Assembly (NCBI RefSeq): GCF_026571515.1
Contig: NW_026858232.1
Span: 1-64,000 of the forward strand
DNA length: 64,000 bases
Origin: Ruditapes philippinarum
Taxonomy: Eukaryota
Direction: 5' to 3'
This document shows, piece after piece, positions 62,953-64,000 of this stretch. A program made the translations under genes and the position numbers. The stretch's first letter is position 1, and each line of letters begins with the position of its first letter. The notes beneath the pieces were generated by a model. That model worked only from the letters and a program-made list of their open reading frames with translations, was not told where the DNA came from and ran no database searches.

Positions 62953-64000
62953 GTTCTGTCAATGATGCTGAAACAGTAAATAAAAAATCTTTAAAATGTA
63001 GCTGTTTAACACCATTGTCATGTTCACTCATTTTATGTCTTACCACTGGTCACTCAGCACCAGGGAGACCTTTCACACTACTCACTAGTTCAACATAATT
63101 ATAACAACCTCTTATGTTGCCATTAACATTGCGTGTCATACACATTTTCACCTGGATGAATTAAATAACTGTATCATAAATTTCTATCTCAATGACCAAG
63201 GACAGGATGCAAACCATTGGGACAAACTACAAATCTATCAATCATGAAGCATGATCCCTTAAGTTATCTACTATCATACAAAAAATAACTGAAGCCAAAT
63301 AAATTAGGGACTATTAATTTTTCATTTTAGCATACATGTTAACTTTTTTCAATGTTCAAGAGAATTAACTTTAAAAAGAGGGAGATTTGGTAATTGACAA
63401 TAGACATAGAAGGAAATTTTGAAATGAAAAAGAGGGAGATTCTTTTTTTATTAAACAAACACCCTTTATTCTTAGAAAAATATTCAGAAATTTGACAGGA
63501 GAAAGAGTGAGTCTCCCTCTTAAATAGTGAGAGTTCACAATTGTATGTTTTAGTCAACTGGTGTTATTATTTATATCTTAATAGTAAATATTTGAGAATT
63601 TAATTACATTATTTCAAAATAAACTTTTGTCTTTTGAGATTTTTTTATTAATGGGGAATGTATTTTTAAGTTCCTTTAAGAAATAAGCCTAATAACTATT
63701 CTGGTTCTATTTTGGTTTTAAACGTCACTGATACAGTGAGGACTGGTCAACAAACAAGAGATGATCAGATATTGAATTAAATCTTTCATATACATGTATG
63801 ACTTAATAGTATTTAAACTTAACAGTTTCATATAGGCTATCTATTTCAACTATCAGAATTAAGGTTTGCTTAAGTAGGTTGACCTGATAAAACATTTTAT
63901 CTTTAAGATGATCGCCAGTGAATAATGTACAACATAAACAGGTACAGTTTAACCTGACTTTCATATAACCTTGACATTCTGTAAATATGATTAATTCCAA

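Overview
AT-rich eukaryotic (intron-containing) genomic DNA; the repeat inventory (Pearl/HINE-like Helentron derivatives with ~160-bp internal satellites, tRNA-SINEs with (AAAC)n tails) points to a bivalve mollusc, which is an inference. 1-22.5 kb is a gene-free mosaic higher-order repeat built from ~5 AT-rich modules, punctuated by copy-specific transposon insertions, one of which is a ~103-bp TSD-flanked insert carrying a minimal Penelope-type hammerhead ribozyme. A tRNA-Leu(TAG) gene (23906-23987, -) sits head-to-head with the probable promoter of an 18-coding-exon RACGAP1/CYK-4 gene (27058-42812, +, 631 aa by my manual splicing). A convergent 9-coding-exon ALDH9A1 gene (62952-51645, -, 517 aa) follows. 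The most unusual structure is in ALDH9A1 intron 4: the last ~39 nt of exon 4 plus its 5' splice site have been amplified into a 44-bp minisatellite (~28 copies). Each copy carries a consensus CAG|GTAAG donor and, 10 nt downstream, a U1-like TTACCTG that can fold back over it. The array is split by a Helentron-type element that itself contains a 9-bp-TSD MITE. Protein identifications rest on motif recognition and remembered orthologue sequences; no database search was run.
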